NCBI RefSeq assembly: GCF_041146345.1
Contig: NW_027191404.1
Coordinates: forward strand, 2,666,001 to 2,730,000
Origin: Neodothiora populina
Taxonomy: Eukaryota
Length of the DNA stretch: 64,000 bases
Direction of reading: 5' to 3'
The position numbers were made by a program, and so were the translations under genes. Positions 1-12,500 of the stretch are shown one piece after another. Position 1 is the first letter of the stretch. The number at the start of each line of letters is the position of its first letter. The notes under the pieces are model-generated. The model was not told where the DNA came from, did no database searches, and saw only the letters and a list, made by a program, of their open reading frames with translations.

Positions 1-415
1 GTCTCCGAATCGACACTGTATGAAAGTCGGAGTTATAACAAACTCCGACAACCGCGTTCCTGATGTCTTGAACGATCTTGGGTTGAGAATCAATCAGCAA
101 GACAATAATGACATTGACTTTGCGATCATGAGTTATGATGTCGGGGTTGAGAAACCTGACAGAAGAATCTTTGACGCTGCGACAGACTTGTTGGACTCGA
201 AAGATGACTGGGATCTTGTCTATATCGGCGACGAGCCTGCAAAAGATGCAAAAGGGGCTCTGAATGCAGGATGGAGCGCCATCATCGTCGATCGAGACGC
301 GAGCGACACGAGTGTGGGCTACAAGATCATGTACGATGGTCGAGAAGTCGATGTAATATCTGATTTCTCAGCATTAAAGAACCTCAAGGCGAGGTGGCCA
401 CTTATTACAGGTTAA
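1..415 (+). CDS. HAD-superfamily hydrolase (HDHD3/REG-2-like), 5'-truncated by window edge
   Basis: HAD motifs II-IV: 'VGVITNSD', 'GVEKPDRRIF', 'YIGDEPAKDAKGALNAGW'; motif I lies upstream of the window. Confidence 0.85.
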   Translation, partial: SPNRHCMKVGVITNSDNRVPDVLNDLGLRINQQDNNDIDFAIMSYDVGVEKPDRRIFDAATDLLDSKDDWDLVYIGDEPAKDAKGALNAGWSAIIVDRDASDTSVGYKIMYDGREVDVISDFSALKNLKARWPLITG

Positions 416-1419
416 GTCTTTCTTAAATCAAGTATATCTTTTAGTTTGACCTGGCCTTTGGCGCCCCACCCAGCCTTTCCCTGCTCCACATCAGGTCGGG
501 TCTTGACATAGCAGGACCATGCTCGTTTGTCCAAGTCGTCTGTGGACAGTGCATCGGCCCATGACTGATAGAGCAAGGACAAGACTTTGAGCAGCTTCTC
601 TAGATCGCCACCAAATGCTCGCTTGATGTATGACCGAGCAGATTGTGGCGAATAAATCGGTAGACCAGTCGTTTCGCCCGAGGTATGTTCTGCCGTCAAA
701 GGTCCTTGAACCTGGTCCATATCCAACGCCCACAACGCAGGATCTTCGCCTGAAATCTCATAGCCCCAGCGTCGAATGACCTTTATATTCTGCCCGAGTA
801 CTTTGACACTAGGCTGACCCTCCCCCCAATTCCTGTCCTCGTCGGCTTTGGCCAGTCCAATACTGATTGCTTTGGCTTTGCTTCCGGCACTGACGACGGC
901 TTGAGCAAGACTGAGTTTCGCCGAGTCAGGTTGATCTGGCATTGTGAAAGCAAGTACAGAGTACGCAAAGGCTAGAAGTAAAGGAGCTCGATTCGTCGTC
1001 AAGACGGTATCTGACAATTCTTCTGCGGTCAGGCTAGAAAGTGGCAACGCGAGTGAGGCTTCGAGTTTCGCAGGGGTCTGAACCTCTGGTAAGGAACTTC
1101 GTCGTTTCTTGTTGCTGCTGCCAGCCTCTCTTTCGTTTCCTTCAGCAGATCGTTTTCGTATCCGTTTCGATGCATTGAACACGGATTTTGCATTCTTCTC
1201 GTCGAAGATGGAGGACACGACTTGTAGGGTTGATCTTGAGATTTGCTGTGGACTAAAAAGGACGATCAATGGCGTCCCTGTTGTGTCTTGTATATATCCA
1301 CTGCACCCTTACTTTGTGAGACCTGCCTCGCGTAGTTCGGTTATTTTCTGCATGGCGACACCGAGAGGTAACTTGGCGTCTTTTGTCAGGAAGCGCAGTA
1401 GCGCCTCGATTTCACTCAT
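412..1419 (-). CDS. Conserved fungal hypothetical protein (1 intron, approx. 1255-1311)
   Basis: ATG at 1419 (MSEIEALLRFLTKDAKLPL); a GTAAGG...TTTTAG intron joins in frame to ORF 412..1269, which has 'TNRAPLLLAF' and a C-terminal 'RPDVEQGKAGWGAKG'. Confidence 0.7.
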
Positions 1420-1718
1420 GATGATGATGATGTACTACTGTGTATATGTACAGTGAATGGAGTTAAGTCACTGCAAGATATAGGTACTTGTATATAGATG
1501 CGTATGCAAGTGAATAGAAAGCACCCCACCGAGAGAGACTAAAGACAGGCACTAGTGAGGCAGGCACCACGACGCACCTGCACTTTATATAACACAAAGC
1601 GGGGAAGCAACGGGCCGTCCCGCCTCATGTCTGTCTCTCTCCAACACCTTGACATAATATTACTCGCCGATAAGCAACAACAACAACTTCAACAAACGCC
1701 GTCTGGCAAATCCCAAGA

Positions 1719-3824
1719 ATGGACCAGGACCAGATCAAACAAAAGCTGAATGCGCCCAAGAAGCTCAGCCTCTTCGAGCGACAACGACAAGAAGCAGAGA
1801 CAAAGCGTCTGCGCGACGAAGCAGAGAATCTCAAGGCGCTGCGAGAGTTTGAGAACTCATTCGCCGACGAAGATGACGATGACGACGAGGACGACTTCAC
1901 TTCCTCGCTGGGTGGTGGTGGTAATGGTGGTGGAGGCAGTAGACCGCGACATCATCAGCAGCAGCAGAAGCAGGAGATGAGAAAGTCTGGGCCTGGAACT
2001 CTGGATCTGCCTCCGCCGCCGCCGAGTCTCAAGAGAAAAAGACAATTAGAGGAGGAAAGAGAGAGGGAGCGAAGGGGAATGCGCGCCTCTGAAGACATTA
2101 AATCACCCGAGGAGCCGAGCGTCAGGAGACCCACGATGCTGTGGTCGCAGTTGCCCAAGAACTTCACCGCGAGGGATATACGGAGAATCGCGCCGGCGAA
2201 TCTGAAGATTGAGGATGTTTCGTTCGGGGCTGGGCGTTCGGCGATTGTGACTATTTCGGCGGATACGCCGATGAGTGATGTCGATAGCTGCGTTGCTGCG
2301 CTGCAGGGGAAATATCTTGGGTTTGGATGTTATCTGAAAACGTCGAGACATGTCAGTGGCAGTGCGACCACCGCCTCGACTCTTTTCCAACATGACAATC
2401 GACCGTTCGGGGCTAAGCCTCTTGTCAATGGAATGATGGCTGTGCAAGTCACCCCGCCCACGGATCTGAAGTTATTGAAGGTGGTACACAAGACAGTGGA
2501 ACAAGTCATCAAATACGGGCCCTCGTTCGAACACGGTCTTCTCTCTGACCCCGGAGTCCAACAAGACGAGAGATGGGCATGGATCTTCGACAGCAACAGC
2601 CAAGCCAGCGTCTATTACCGCTGGTTGATCTACGAGTACCACGCATCCCAGACAAAATCCCCGTCCTCGTCAGCAGCACAACCAGAAAATCAATTCGGAC
2701 TCCTCAAAGTCTTCGACAAAGGCCCCCTATGGCAAGCGCCGCAAGAACGGCTCAAATTCGAATTCGTGTTCGGCTTCGAAGACCTGACCGAAGACAGCGG
2801 CTATGTGTCATCAGACGACGACGACGACGACGAGACCGACGCTACCAGACAGCCACCAATAACGCTCGAAGCGCCGAATACTTCGTCGTACCTGAACCCC
2901 TACCGCAAGGCAAAGCTCGTCTACCTCTTGTCGCGCCTGCCGGACACTCTGGGCATGTTACGCGCAGGGGATGTGGCGCGCGTGACGTCCTTCGTAGTGA
3001 ACAACGCCGGGTGCGGCGCCGAGGAGATTGTCTCGATGCTGGTGGAGAACGTGGAACGGCCGTACTCGCGCGCCGTGCAGTACGAGCACCCGATGGACGA
3101 CCTCGACGAAGCCGACGAGGACGACTATGAACTCATCGAGAAACGCAACAAGAACGACGAAGAGAAGAAGAAATCGGATCCTTCCAACGCCAAGCTCATT
3201 GCTCTCTATCTCATCTGTGACGCGCTGCAGAACAGTTCCACTTCTGGCGTCCGGGACGCGTGGAAGATCAGGGGATTGTTCGAGACGGCGCTGCGGTCAC
3301 GCAACATCTTCGGACACCTGGGCAGGCTCGAGAGGGAGCACGACTGGGGTTTGATGAGAGCGGAGCAGTGGAAGCGCAAAGTCGGCGTCGTGCTGAGTCT
3401 GTGGGAGAAATGGAGTGTGTTCTCCGTCGACTCGCTCAAGTCGTTTCGGGATTCTTTCTTGTTCGCCCTTGCCGATGAGAGAAAGGAGGATGAGAAATGC
3501 GAGGGAGAGGAGAAGAAGACGAAGGCGGGCAAGTGGAAGAACAGTGATCAACAACAAGAAAAGGAAGACAAGACGCAGGCGCAGCAGGCGCAGAAGGAGC
3601 AGGATCAAGACTCCAAAATGCAAGAAATGAGCAAGCGCCTGGCCGCGCTGAAACAGAAGAGAAGACCCACAGCGGCCGATCTACTAGACAAGAAAGAAGA
3701 AGCTGCAGAAACGCCAGCAGCAGCAGCGCCTCCGAAGATCAGTGTGGGCAACTTCAGGATGAGTCTCGGGGGTGATGGACCGAAGAACAAGAAGAACCTG
3801 TTCGGTGACTCTGACTCGGAGTAG
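1719..3824 (+). CDS. U2 snRNP-associated SURP-motif protein (SR140/U2SURP-like; RRM-like, SURP and CID regions)
   Basis: 701-aa ORF; SURP-like 'VHKTVEQVIKYGPSFE...YYRW'; CID-like 'KLIALYLICDALQNSS...AWKIRGLFE...AEQWKRKV..VLSLWEKWSVF'. Confidence 0.8.
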   Translation: MDQDQIKQKLNAPKKLSLFERQRQEAETKRLRDEAENLKALREFENSFADEDDDDDEDDFTSSLGGGGNGGGGSRPRHHQQQQKQEMRKSGPGTLDLPPPPPSLKRKRQLEEERERERRGMRASEDIKSPEEPSVRRPTMLWSQLPKNFTARDIRRIAPANLKIEDVSFGAGRSAIVTISADTPMSDVDSCVAALQGKYLGFGCYLKTSRHVSGSATTASTLFQHDNRPFGAKPLVNGMMAVQVTPPTDLKLLKVVHKTVEQVIKYGPSFEHGLLSDPGVQQDERWAWIFDSNSQASVYYRWLIYEYHASQTKSPSSSAAQPENQFGLLKVFDKGPLWQAPQERLKFEFVFGFEDLTEDSGYVSSDDDDDDETDATRQPPITLEAPNTSSYLNPYRKAKLVYLLSRLPDTLGMLRAGDVARVTSFVVNNAGCGAEEIVSMLVENVERPYSRAVQYEHPMDDLDEADEDDYELIEKRNKNDEEKKKSDPSNAKLIALYLICDALQNSSTSGVRDAWKIRGLFETALRSRNIFGHLGRLEREHDWGLMRAEQWKRKVGVVLSLWEKWSVFSVDSLKSFRDSFLFALADERKEDEKCEGEEKKTKAGKWKNSDQQQEKEDKTQAQQAQKEQDQDSKMQEMSKRLAALKQKRRPTAADLLDKKEEAAETPAAAAPPKISVGNFRMSLGGDGPKNKKNLFGDSDSE

Positions 3825-4037
3825 TGATAGAGATAGGATAGGATGTGAAGCTTGATGAATACGATTTTTTTTTTTGATTTGATTTCATGTCTTTCCAAGT
3901 CGAAGCTAGAGCAAGCCGGGAAGAGTCTGTTAGTGTGGTTGGTTGCTTGATGAGGCAGGAGCAGGGGGGATATATATAATCTCTGGTGATAAAAGAACAA
4001 CAAGACAGGAATTCAAAGCAGAGAAAAACAGCACTAT

Positions 4038-5654
4038 TCAGAGCTCTTCGTCTTCTTCCTCTCCCTGTTCCGCTTGCGCTTCTCCCGGTGCTTTCGCGTT
4101 GACGAGGCTGTTGAGGTTCAGCCCGGCGTATATGGCTCCAGGGACCTCGAGGCCCGAATTGCTCGGTCGGTGTTTCTTGAAGGGACTCGCTATCGTGTCG
4201 GGGGTTTCGATGTTCAGATGATCCGACGAGGACAGGGGTTTCTCGGTGGCAGAGGCAGAGGCGGAGACGGACGACGGTGGTTCTAGGGGTGGTTGTTGTT
4301 GTTGATGTTGTTGCGTGGGTGATTCTTTGTTCATTTGTTGCAGCGAGACGTCTGTCGAATGCTGTCGTTTGAGCTGTCGGTGAGGAACATGTTAGATATG
4401 GAAATACAAAAACGAGAAGAAAAGATTAAAAAAAAAAATCACCTTGATCTTCCGGACACCCTCGGCGACTTTGATTTCTTCTTCGCTCATCTTGCCCGTC
4501 GTCGCCGTGACAGGGGCGTCGTCCAGCTCGTCCTTGTCGTTCTTTTCCGCGTCCGAGTCGTCGTCGTTGTCGCTCTCCATGTCGGTGTTGTCGTCGTTTC
4601 GATACGAGCTGAAGCCCTTTGTGCCCGTGTTTTTGAGAGGACCGAGTTTGGAGAAGTCGATCTGCTTCTTCGAGGCTGCCGGTGTCGGGACTGTGGCGTC
4701 CGGGTCGGGCAATATGCCCATTTTCTGCAGTTGTTTCTCGCCGCGGTAGAAGAAGGTGAAGACGGCGAAAGGCTGGTCGGGCGGGTCCAGTCCGGTGACG
4801 GTCTGTGTGGAAATGCTCTTGGGATCGAGGGACTTGGGTTTGGCAAACGAGGTTGTGTGGTCGACGTCTTCTCCCGCCGCCGTCTGGCCGCTGCCATCGA
4901 CGCCCTCGTCGTCGTGCACGTCGAACTGCGGACTGTATTCTCCGCGCTTGATCTCTCCGGAGGCGAGGACTCGGAACAGGGCGACTTTGATCTGGCCGCT
5001 GGCCTCGGGCTCGGGAGGCTCGTCGTCGTCGTCGTCGTCGGACGAGTCGTCGTCTTGCTGTTTTATCGCCTCGTTCGCCCGTCGCTGCAGTTTCTGCTGC
5101 CGCTTCTCGATCTTCCTCGCTTTATCCGCACCCGCAGACAGATCGAGTCCGTTCAGCCATCTTTCCAGTCCGACTTCGCGGAACAGGAACTCTCTCTCCG
5201 CTATGCCGCCGCCTTCTGATTCGGGGATCGACACCCATCGGCTGTTGACCCACGTCTCCTCGCCCTTTCGCAGTAGGGTGGCGACCTCTTCCTTCTGGCG
5301 TCCATCAAAGTAAATGTAGGCGGCGACGGTCTCGTTCGGTGACGACGTGTGAGGGATGTAAGGCTTGACTGTGTTCTGGTACTGGCCGCGAGTGGATCCG
5401 GTTGTGGGCAAACCACCGACGACCATCGGCTGGGGATAAGGATTCTCAGCGCTGGGTTTGGCGGCGGAATAAGGCACCTTGAGTCCGGGGGTCAGGAGAG
5501 TGATTGACACGGCAAAGGTCGACTGCTGAGGTGTTGCGGGCACGGGGATGTAGCTGGTGATGCGGCCGAACTTCTGTTGTTTTTGTATTGAATATTCCGT
5601 GATGGGGCCATCGGGCGTGTGTATGCTGACGGCCAGCCCTTGGAAGCAAGGCAT
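4038..5654 (-). CDS. Conserved fungal hypothetical protein (1 intron, approx. 4374-4442)
   Basis: 420-aa ORF plus a GTGATT...CTAAC...CAG intron giving 'VRKIK|LKRQHS' into ORF 4038..4334; globular N-terminus 'AAYIYFDGRQKEE', acidic tracts. Confidence 0.7.
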
Positions 5655-5863
5655 GGTTTTGTTCTATCGTGGAGTTGGTTGTTGTTGTTGCGGCGGCGGC
5701 GTGGACAGAGCAGGACAAGGAAAAGAAAGAACAAACCAAAAGAAAGATGATGATCGGAATCATCAATAATCGAGGGGTAAGCACTGAAGCACGCTTTACG
5801 CGGGCGGTGAAGCTTTGTTTTGGTGGTGTGTATGTAATATCATAACAATAATAGTACAAGCTG

Positions 5864-7435
5864 CTATACGACTTCATAAAACAGCAGATACACCTCTCTC
5901 TGCATCCCCAACACCTCCTTCGTGTTGCTCTCCTTTATTTTCTCGTCACTGATCCTCCACCACCGCGAGTTCTTTTTGTTCTGTATCCGCCGTTGACGCG
6001 CCAGATCCAGTGACTTTGCCTTTTCCGTGAACCGCTCCGACACACTCAGCGATCGCGGAGCGCTGTCCTCTTCTTCCGTCGGACTGCTGACTCCGCTGGC
6101 CGCGGGACTCGCAGACGTGGAATACACTCCTTTGGTGCCCATGCTGAGCCCCGCAGAGAATTTGGGCTCGACCGAGTACTGTCGGCGGAACGACTCGTAA
6201 TGTCCGCTGTTGTGTCCGCCCTTGTGCGTGACCACCCCGAGCAGTGTATACTGTCTTTGATCCAGCAGCCCGCCTAGAGGAAGGCTTTCGGGAAAAGACA
6301 CTTTTGCAAGGTTCTTCGATGTCGGAGACGTTCCAGCCCACACTGATCGTGACAGATGAATGGCTAGAATGCGAGGGAACCGGGAGATGCGCATGTGCCG
6401 GGCTATCTTGCGTCTCGGCGCTTTTGATGAATCAGGAAGCTTGATATGAGCAGGAGGGTTCTCCGGGTCTGTTTCTAATGCGTGTTTCAATGCCGGCATC
6501 TCGTCTTCTTTCGCGTGTTCGATGGCGTGCTGTAGCCGGCAATACTCGCATTTGAAGTCGTCAATGTGCTCGATCTTCAGCATACTGTCGAAACATGATG
6601 ACAGAGACGTAGACGTCGTCGTGGTCGGTACGTTGAGCGTTAGAGTGACAAACGAAGACACGCTCGGCTTCGGCTTGAAATGGCAATATGTACATTCGAT
6701 CTGTGATTCGATCTTGCCTTCAAAGGGAAACGAGAAATCCTCTTCCAGTGGTGACGGCGGCGTTGTTGTTGACGATGAGGATGTTGTCGGATGCATCTTG
6801 TCGACGTCGACCACCGAAGAACGACTCCTCGCTTTCCGTCTGGCGCTACGTCCAGCATAGCACTCTTCACTCAACCTCTCCGTCACGACCTGCAGAAACT
6901 CCTGCGCGTCTTGTTGCTGCCGACTGATCCGCGTGCGAAAGGCCTGTTCCAACACATGAACAAACCCGCTCGCGGATATCGTCTTTTTGATGATCGGTCT
7001 CTCGTTCAGAGCATCGAGGATTTGCTTCAGACCGGCCGTGACAATCCCCTGCTGCAGCCCGAGTCTCTTCCACTCGGGCTCCTTGACTTCCTTTCTTTCC
7101 ACAATGTCCTTTCCCTCGTTCGGCCGGATCCCATCGTCATCTTTTGCAACCAGCGAGTAAATCTCTTTGCCGTCCAGGTTCCGCCGGTGCATCTCTCGGA
7201 TCAGATATGTGCGCAGCTCCGGCAGCCCCGCGAGAGTCTGCAAGACGGAATTGATGAAGCAGTCATTCGCAGGGTTATATAAACCGACGACGCCCTTCTT
7301 GCGCGATGATTTCGTCGAATGCGCCGCCTCGTCGTCGAGAAAGAATGTAGGGCCGAAGACGTAGACCAGTGTGATTGCGGCGAGACCAGCTCCAGCAGCA
7401 TATGTTGCTATAGTGAGGGGTTTATCTGCCGGCAT
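5864..7435 (-). CDS. Ubiquitin C-terminal hydrolase (USP/C19), Ubp16/USP30-like with N-terminal membrane anchor
   Basis: Cys box 'GLYNPANDCFINSVLQ', 'QQDAQEFL', His box 'HKGGHNSGHY', 'WWRISD', 'YLLFYE'; hydrophobic N-terminal helix. Confidence 0.92.
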   Translation of the reverse strand: MPADKPLTIATYAAGAGLAAITLVYVFGPTFFLDDEAAHSTKSSRKKGVVGLYNPANDCFINSVLQTLAGLPELRTYLIREMHRRNLDGKEIYSLVAKDDDGIRPNEGKDIVERKEVKEPEWKRLGLQQGIVTAGLKQILDALNERPIIKKTISASGFVHVLEQAFRTRISRQQQDAQEFLQVVTERLSEECYAGRSARRKARSRSSVVDVDKMHPTTSSSSTTTPPSPLEEDFSFPFEGKIESQIECTYCHFKPKPSVSSFVTLTLNVPTTTTSTSLSSCFDSMLKIEHIDDFKCEYCRLQHAIEHAKEDEMPALKHALETDPENPPAHIKLPDSSKAPRRKIARHMRISRFPRILAIHLSRSVWAGTSPTSKNLAKVSFPESLPLGGLLDQRQYTLLGVVTHKGGHNSGHYESFRRQYSVEPKFSAGLSMGTKGVYSTSASPAASGVSSPTEEEDSAPRSLSVSERFTEKAKSLDLARQRRIQNKKNSRWWRISDEKIKESNTKEVLGMQREVYLLFYEVV

Positions 7436-7832
7436 CGCGTGGCATCATCTTTTGGCTAGATACCTCCTCATCTATCCGCAGACTTGGGATTGTCTCGTGC
7501 CGCGTACCTGGTTGGTCGTCCGTACAAACAGTGCAAAAACGCCGAGATTACTTGTCTGTATATATCGAGACTTTCTCGAGGCCCTGTCTCTGACACTCTT
7601 TGATCATCATACAACACAAATGTAAGCAAAGCCTTGTTCTTTCCATGTCACAAATCCAACAATCACCCTCGTTATGATGAAGAAGGATTTACCAACATGT
7701 TTCAAGACGGAACGGAGAGGCCCTCGGGCCTTGTTGAATGATACACTTCTCCACCAACTCTGATCACGAGAAAAAAACACAAACCACTCAGACCAACAGA
7801 AATGCACCGCTGCTCAATATGCTAATGTATTT

Positions 7833-9080
7833 CTATAGCTTGAAGTCCTGACTTTGTCGTTCAAAGGCCTTGCTAGCCACCCGCTTGACCAGTCCAATCT
7901 TCTTCTCTCGAGCGTGTTTTTCCTCTGCTCGTAGTTCATAGATTGCCGCCAGATTGAATAGCAATGTCGAAAAGACATCCGTGTCGTCCACGAGTCCCTC
8001 CAGAACTTCTGTTGCTTTCTCCACGTGACCCGAGTAGACAAGTGCGACGGCGAGGTTGTGTCTCGTCAACGCGTCAGAGTCTTGTAATGATTTGACCGCC
8101 GAATCATAATTGGCTGTGGAGATGTCCAGTAGTGGTGAGTCCGAGACGATCGATCGTGCAGACTAGACGTCTCCTAGTCTCAGATACAATAAAGCCTTTA
8201 GCTCGTTGTTGCTCTCATCATCGAGTGAATTCAAATGCCTCAGTGCCGTCTCCGTCTCCCCCATCTCAACAAGAACAGAGGCGACCCGTAATCCCAGGTC
8301 TGCCAATCGATCTGTCCACAGTTTCTGATCCTCTTCTGCTCTGCTCGCATTGATCCGGCATTCTGTCCCGAGAGAGTAAAGGTTCATAATACTCCTCCTT
8401 GCCCCACCATGAGCCAACACAGGCCTCAACCTCGTCTCGATCAACAGCCTCAGATCCCACGGAATCAGAGCAATGGGATTGACGATCCGCCTTTCCTTGG
8501 CGACAATGTCGAGAAGCGGTCGACATTCCTTTGCTGCCAGATCGGCATGGTTCGTCAAGATCAGACATGCCAATCTCGTGTGAAACAGCTCAAAGATCCT
8601 CTCGTTTTCGTACGGTGATATATCCGACTGGCACAGAATCTCGACCACTTTGTCCGCAGCGAGGCGGAAATGCCGTTTCGCCAACAACTCTGGTAGTGTT
8701 GTTGTGGTAGGAGGCTGAGAAGAGAGAAACGGAGGCGGTATGTTCGTGGTCGGTATCGACTGATATAGATTCGGCCGTAGCAGAATGGAAAGATCGAGAT
8801 TTGTCCTAGAGACATTCGGCGATGGCGACCGCGGGGTGTCGTAGGATGTGATCGAGTCCGGCGACAACAGGGCCCCGCGTGGTATGGAAGCTGGTGACGG
8901 CGGTAGGTTCGTGTTCAAGGCCGGTGTATAAGGTGCTCGAGTACGTTCGGTCGGCGTCGGAGGTGTCGGGGCACTGATGTATCTCTCATTAATTGACGCT
9001 CTTTGTGATGATGCTCTTGATGTTGTCACTGACTCTTCCTCTTCCATGTCCAACGGTCCTTTGGTACTACGCCGTGGCAT
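7833..9080 (-). CDS. TRAPP-associated TPR protein (TRAPPC12/TTC15-like), interrupted by one in-frame TAG at 8163-8165
   Basis: ORFs 8163..9080 and 7833..8069 are in the same frame, separated by a single stop. TPR-like 'RHNLAVALVYSG', 'LLFNLAAIYEL'; C-terminus 'DFKL'. Confidence 0.65.
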
Positions 9081-9578
9081 GGCGACTTGCGAGTGTCAGT
9101 GTGGCACGAGGAAAACAATAGATTCCGCGAGGACTCACCTCTTCGCACATCACTGGTGTTTCTGACGTGGCCTGACATTCTCTGTTTGTTGTTGTCCTAT
9201 GCCATGACGTGCATGCACTTTCTCACATCAAGGTGTTTCTTGCATAAGGTGTGTTGTTTTCGCCAAGATGCAGCTCTTATCTTATCGAAGCTACCTTACA
9301 CGCTTGAAGTACAGTACAAAGCGACGATCAGCGAAATCAAGAAGAGTAAGGTAATTAATTGATGAGATCTGACCTCTGCAGGAAAAACTAGAGTTCGTAA
9401 GCTCGACCCACCGAGAACAGATTCCAGGCACTGTCTCCCTGTGCGATACTCGCTCTTCTGGCATCTTGCTGTCGTTGTCGTGGTCTTTCCGGGCTACCAG
9501 AAACAAGACCGTCCGAAGTAGCTGGACGAGGAGAATGTATACTTCTACTTGACTAGACTTTGATTTAGTGAAACCCCC

Positions 9579-12500
9579 CTAAGGACCAAAGAGGAGGTCC
9601 CTTCGCACCTGGTCATCTTCTCTGACAGAGTTATCGCTAGGTGATCTTTTGATAACTTCGCCTTTCCTAGAAGCCTCAGAACTTCGTCTGGAATCGAGAC
9701 TCTTGACATTTCCCAGTGTCTTTACTGCTTCAATTCCTTCCTTCTTGCGGATACTCCCCTTGGCGTCCACCGTACTGCTCGCCACCGTCACTGTGCCGAG
9801 CCCAGGAGTCGAAGGAGCGGCCGCTTTGTCCTCGGATGCGTGAACCATGTACCATGTGAGTCCATCGCTGAGTTCGAACGGGTTGTCGTCTTTGCGCGAG
9901 TCGAAACTTGCGGCATCGATGGATGCAGATCCGACGCTACGAAGGCTGTCTCCGTCTCGTTTCTTCAGATCGACCACACGCTCTTCGATTCGACTGATTC
10001 GAGCGACTAGCCATTCGCGTCTGTTGAGTCCCATGCCTTCCTTTTCGCGAAGGAAATGATGAGGTGCTCCGATGTTGAAAGCAGCCCATGCCCCCTTGTT
10101 CCCCAGTTCACCTCTAGTGGGAAGGAACAAAGCCAGATCGCCCTCTTTGAAATCACGCACGGCAATCTTTTGTGATGTTTCATTCCGTAGACGGGACGAC
10201 AAAGACGAAAACGATTTCGCTTCCTTGCTCCACTTTCGCGCTGTATATTCAAAGTCTCGCAGACGTTTCGATAGCGCTTCACTGAAGACTTGGACGTCAA
10301 ATAGAGAGATCTGTTGAGTAAAGTAGGCAAAGGCGGTTTCTTCTGTTGCAGCATCTGTTGACTCCGACCAGTGGAGGAAGGATGGTTCGGTTGTAGACGT
10401 TTTTCTAGACGGCAGAATCCGAGATATTGATGCGTCGAGTGTCGTTGAGTTGTTGACTTTACTTGCTCGTTCGATGACCATCGTACCATCTTCTTTGTAG
10501 GCGACCACGAAGCCCGACTGGTCTAACAATCGCAAGAGCCTTGCATTCTGGCTGTAGAGTCTCTGGCTGACTTCCGTAGCCCTGGTACCACGTTGGTCAA
10601 GTCGTCCAGTCACTCGTTTCAACTCAGCATCGAGATTCTTGGCTTGTGACTCTGCTTGTGACAGAGATTCAGTAAGGGTGATGACTCTGCCTTCTTTCTC
10701 TTCAACCCTCTTACGAAGCGCATCTGCCCCGCTTTCGCCGCTGGCCATCTTTTCTCGTAATTCGTGCAGTTGTGCTCGTTCGTCATTGAGACAAGAGGAC
10801 AAGGATGCAGAGTGAGCCTTTTCCAGTACCATGTCATCTGTCATTTGTATGATCTTCGCTTCGAGGACGGCATGTTTCTGCATCATCGCTTTGGACAAAC
10901 CCTCCAACGCAGTCGATAACTCGATCGGATCCAGGGGAGGTTCCTTGCCAGACAAGTGTGAATAGGCATTCCTGAGTCTTGTTTTGTATCGGTCAAGCTC
11001 GTGGGTGACATGTTCCCGGCTTTCCAACAGTTTCTCATTCTCGTCCTCGAAGTCTTCGATTTTGCTTCGAGCCTCTCGCAGTTCGCCTTCCAATACTCGA
11101 CGTTCATCGGCAAATTCCCTCTTCTGGGCCTCCATGTTTTCCATGATGTCCTTCTTTGTTGATACGGCCTCTTCGAACTGAGCTTGTTTGATATTCGCTT
11201 GTTGCAATTCTGCTTCTAGACTGGCGATGCGTGTTTGTAGGGAAGTATCTTCACTGACGAGTTCCAACATCGGACTGAATGCTGAGGAGTTACGCTGCAT
11301 GTTGGCTTGTCGATGGAGTAAGTCTTCTAGCTTTCGGACTCTGCTTCTTTGCCCTCGTAACTCTTCTTCCAATTTCACAACATCACCACCACCTCTCATC
11401 ATGATGGACGTACTACCAAAAGCCCCATCATGGACACTGCCGTTCTTGAAGGCGTTCCTGGCGAGTTTGAGTTGTTTTTTCGTAGGACGATCCAGATCTT
11501 GGATTGCTGACTGGAGTTCCTGGACAGGTATATCTTTCTCGATCAAAATCTGAATGTATTCTTGCAATTCTTGACGCGAGACGACAGGCCATTCGCGTTC
11601 GTCAGATCGAAGACTGAGTTCTACGCCTGGAGGTTTCGTCGTGACGAGGTCGGTATTGACAACGTCATCTACAGACAACAGCCATTTCTTTCTTCGCCGA
11701 GTTTCTTCTTCTTGATATGTTGCCATTTCTTCGACCAGAGTAGCAGATTCTTTCTTGCTTTTTGCAGCCCACTCTCTTCGTCTGATAGCCTCAATCATCA
11801 AGGACCCGTAGACATGAGGCAGACGACCGACAATATTCAGGAGACCGAATGCTTGTTGATCTTCGGATGAGATGTCAAGTTTCTTGATGGCAGAGAGAAG
11901 CTTGCTCAGTCGCCCTTCGATGATGGCAAGCGTTTGCATTTGTGACAAGCTTGTATGCGCGGCTTCATTCCGAGCTTGAATATGGCGATGTAACAAGTCG
12001 TTGATTTCTCCACAGAACTCAGTGAGGTTTGGTAGGTAATTTCTGGTATGTAACAAGGCCATCTTGCTTGCGCGACTGACACCTTGACTATTCGTCGGAA
12101 GCGTTGCTACATGATCCATGTCATTGCGCATTTTGTTGACGATGATGTCGATTTCGTTCAGAAGTTCCAAGGACGCGTCGGCAGGAGTCGAGTTTGATTG
12201 CTCGACTGCTAGGAGCAGCTCATGACTTGACTTGGCCGTCGAGGCGAGATTTGTCTTGAGATCGGCAATGCGCTGGGCGAATGAGATCATGACAGCTTTT
12301 GCTCTCGCACCGGCATTGTTGACCTCGTCAACGTCGACAAAGTGCTGTAGGGTATCAACCGGGGCATTGCGCGTAGCGATGAAGCGCGCGAACTCTGGCC
12401 TTGCAGGCATCGATTCTAACAAGTCATAATCCTTTTTCCATCTATCGATAACTTTCTCTTGCTGGACCAAGACCTGCTCGCACCATTCTTCTGTTGCCGT

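Noticed and set aside
412..415. TTAA overlaps as piggyBac target sites
   Set aside because: No transposase or terminal inverted repeats; TTAA follows simply from two opposed TAA stops
4335..5313. Long + strand ORFs (294 and 185 aa)
   Set aside because: Antisense to a GC-rich real gene; no recognisable motifs
7833..9080. Genome-wide TAG reassignment as the explanation of the internal stop
   Set aside because: TAG terminates several genes here at expected C-termini (DFKL*, FGP*, CMWAW*)
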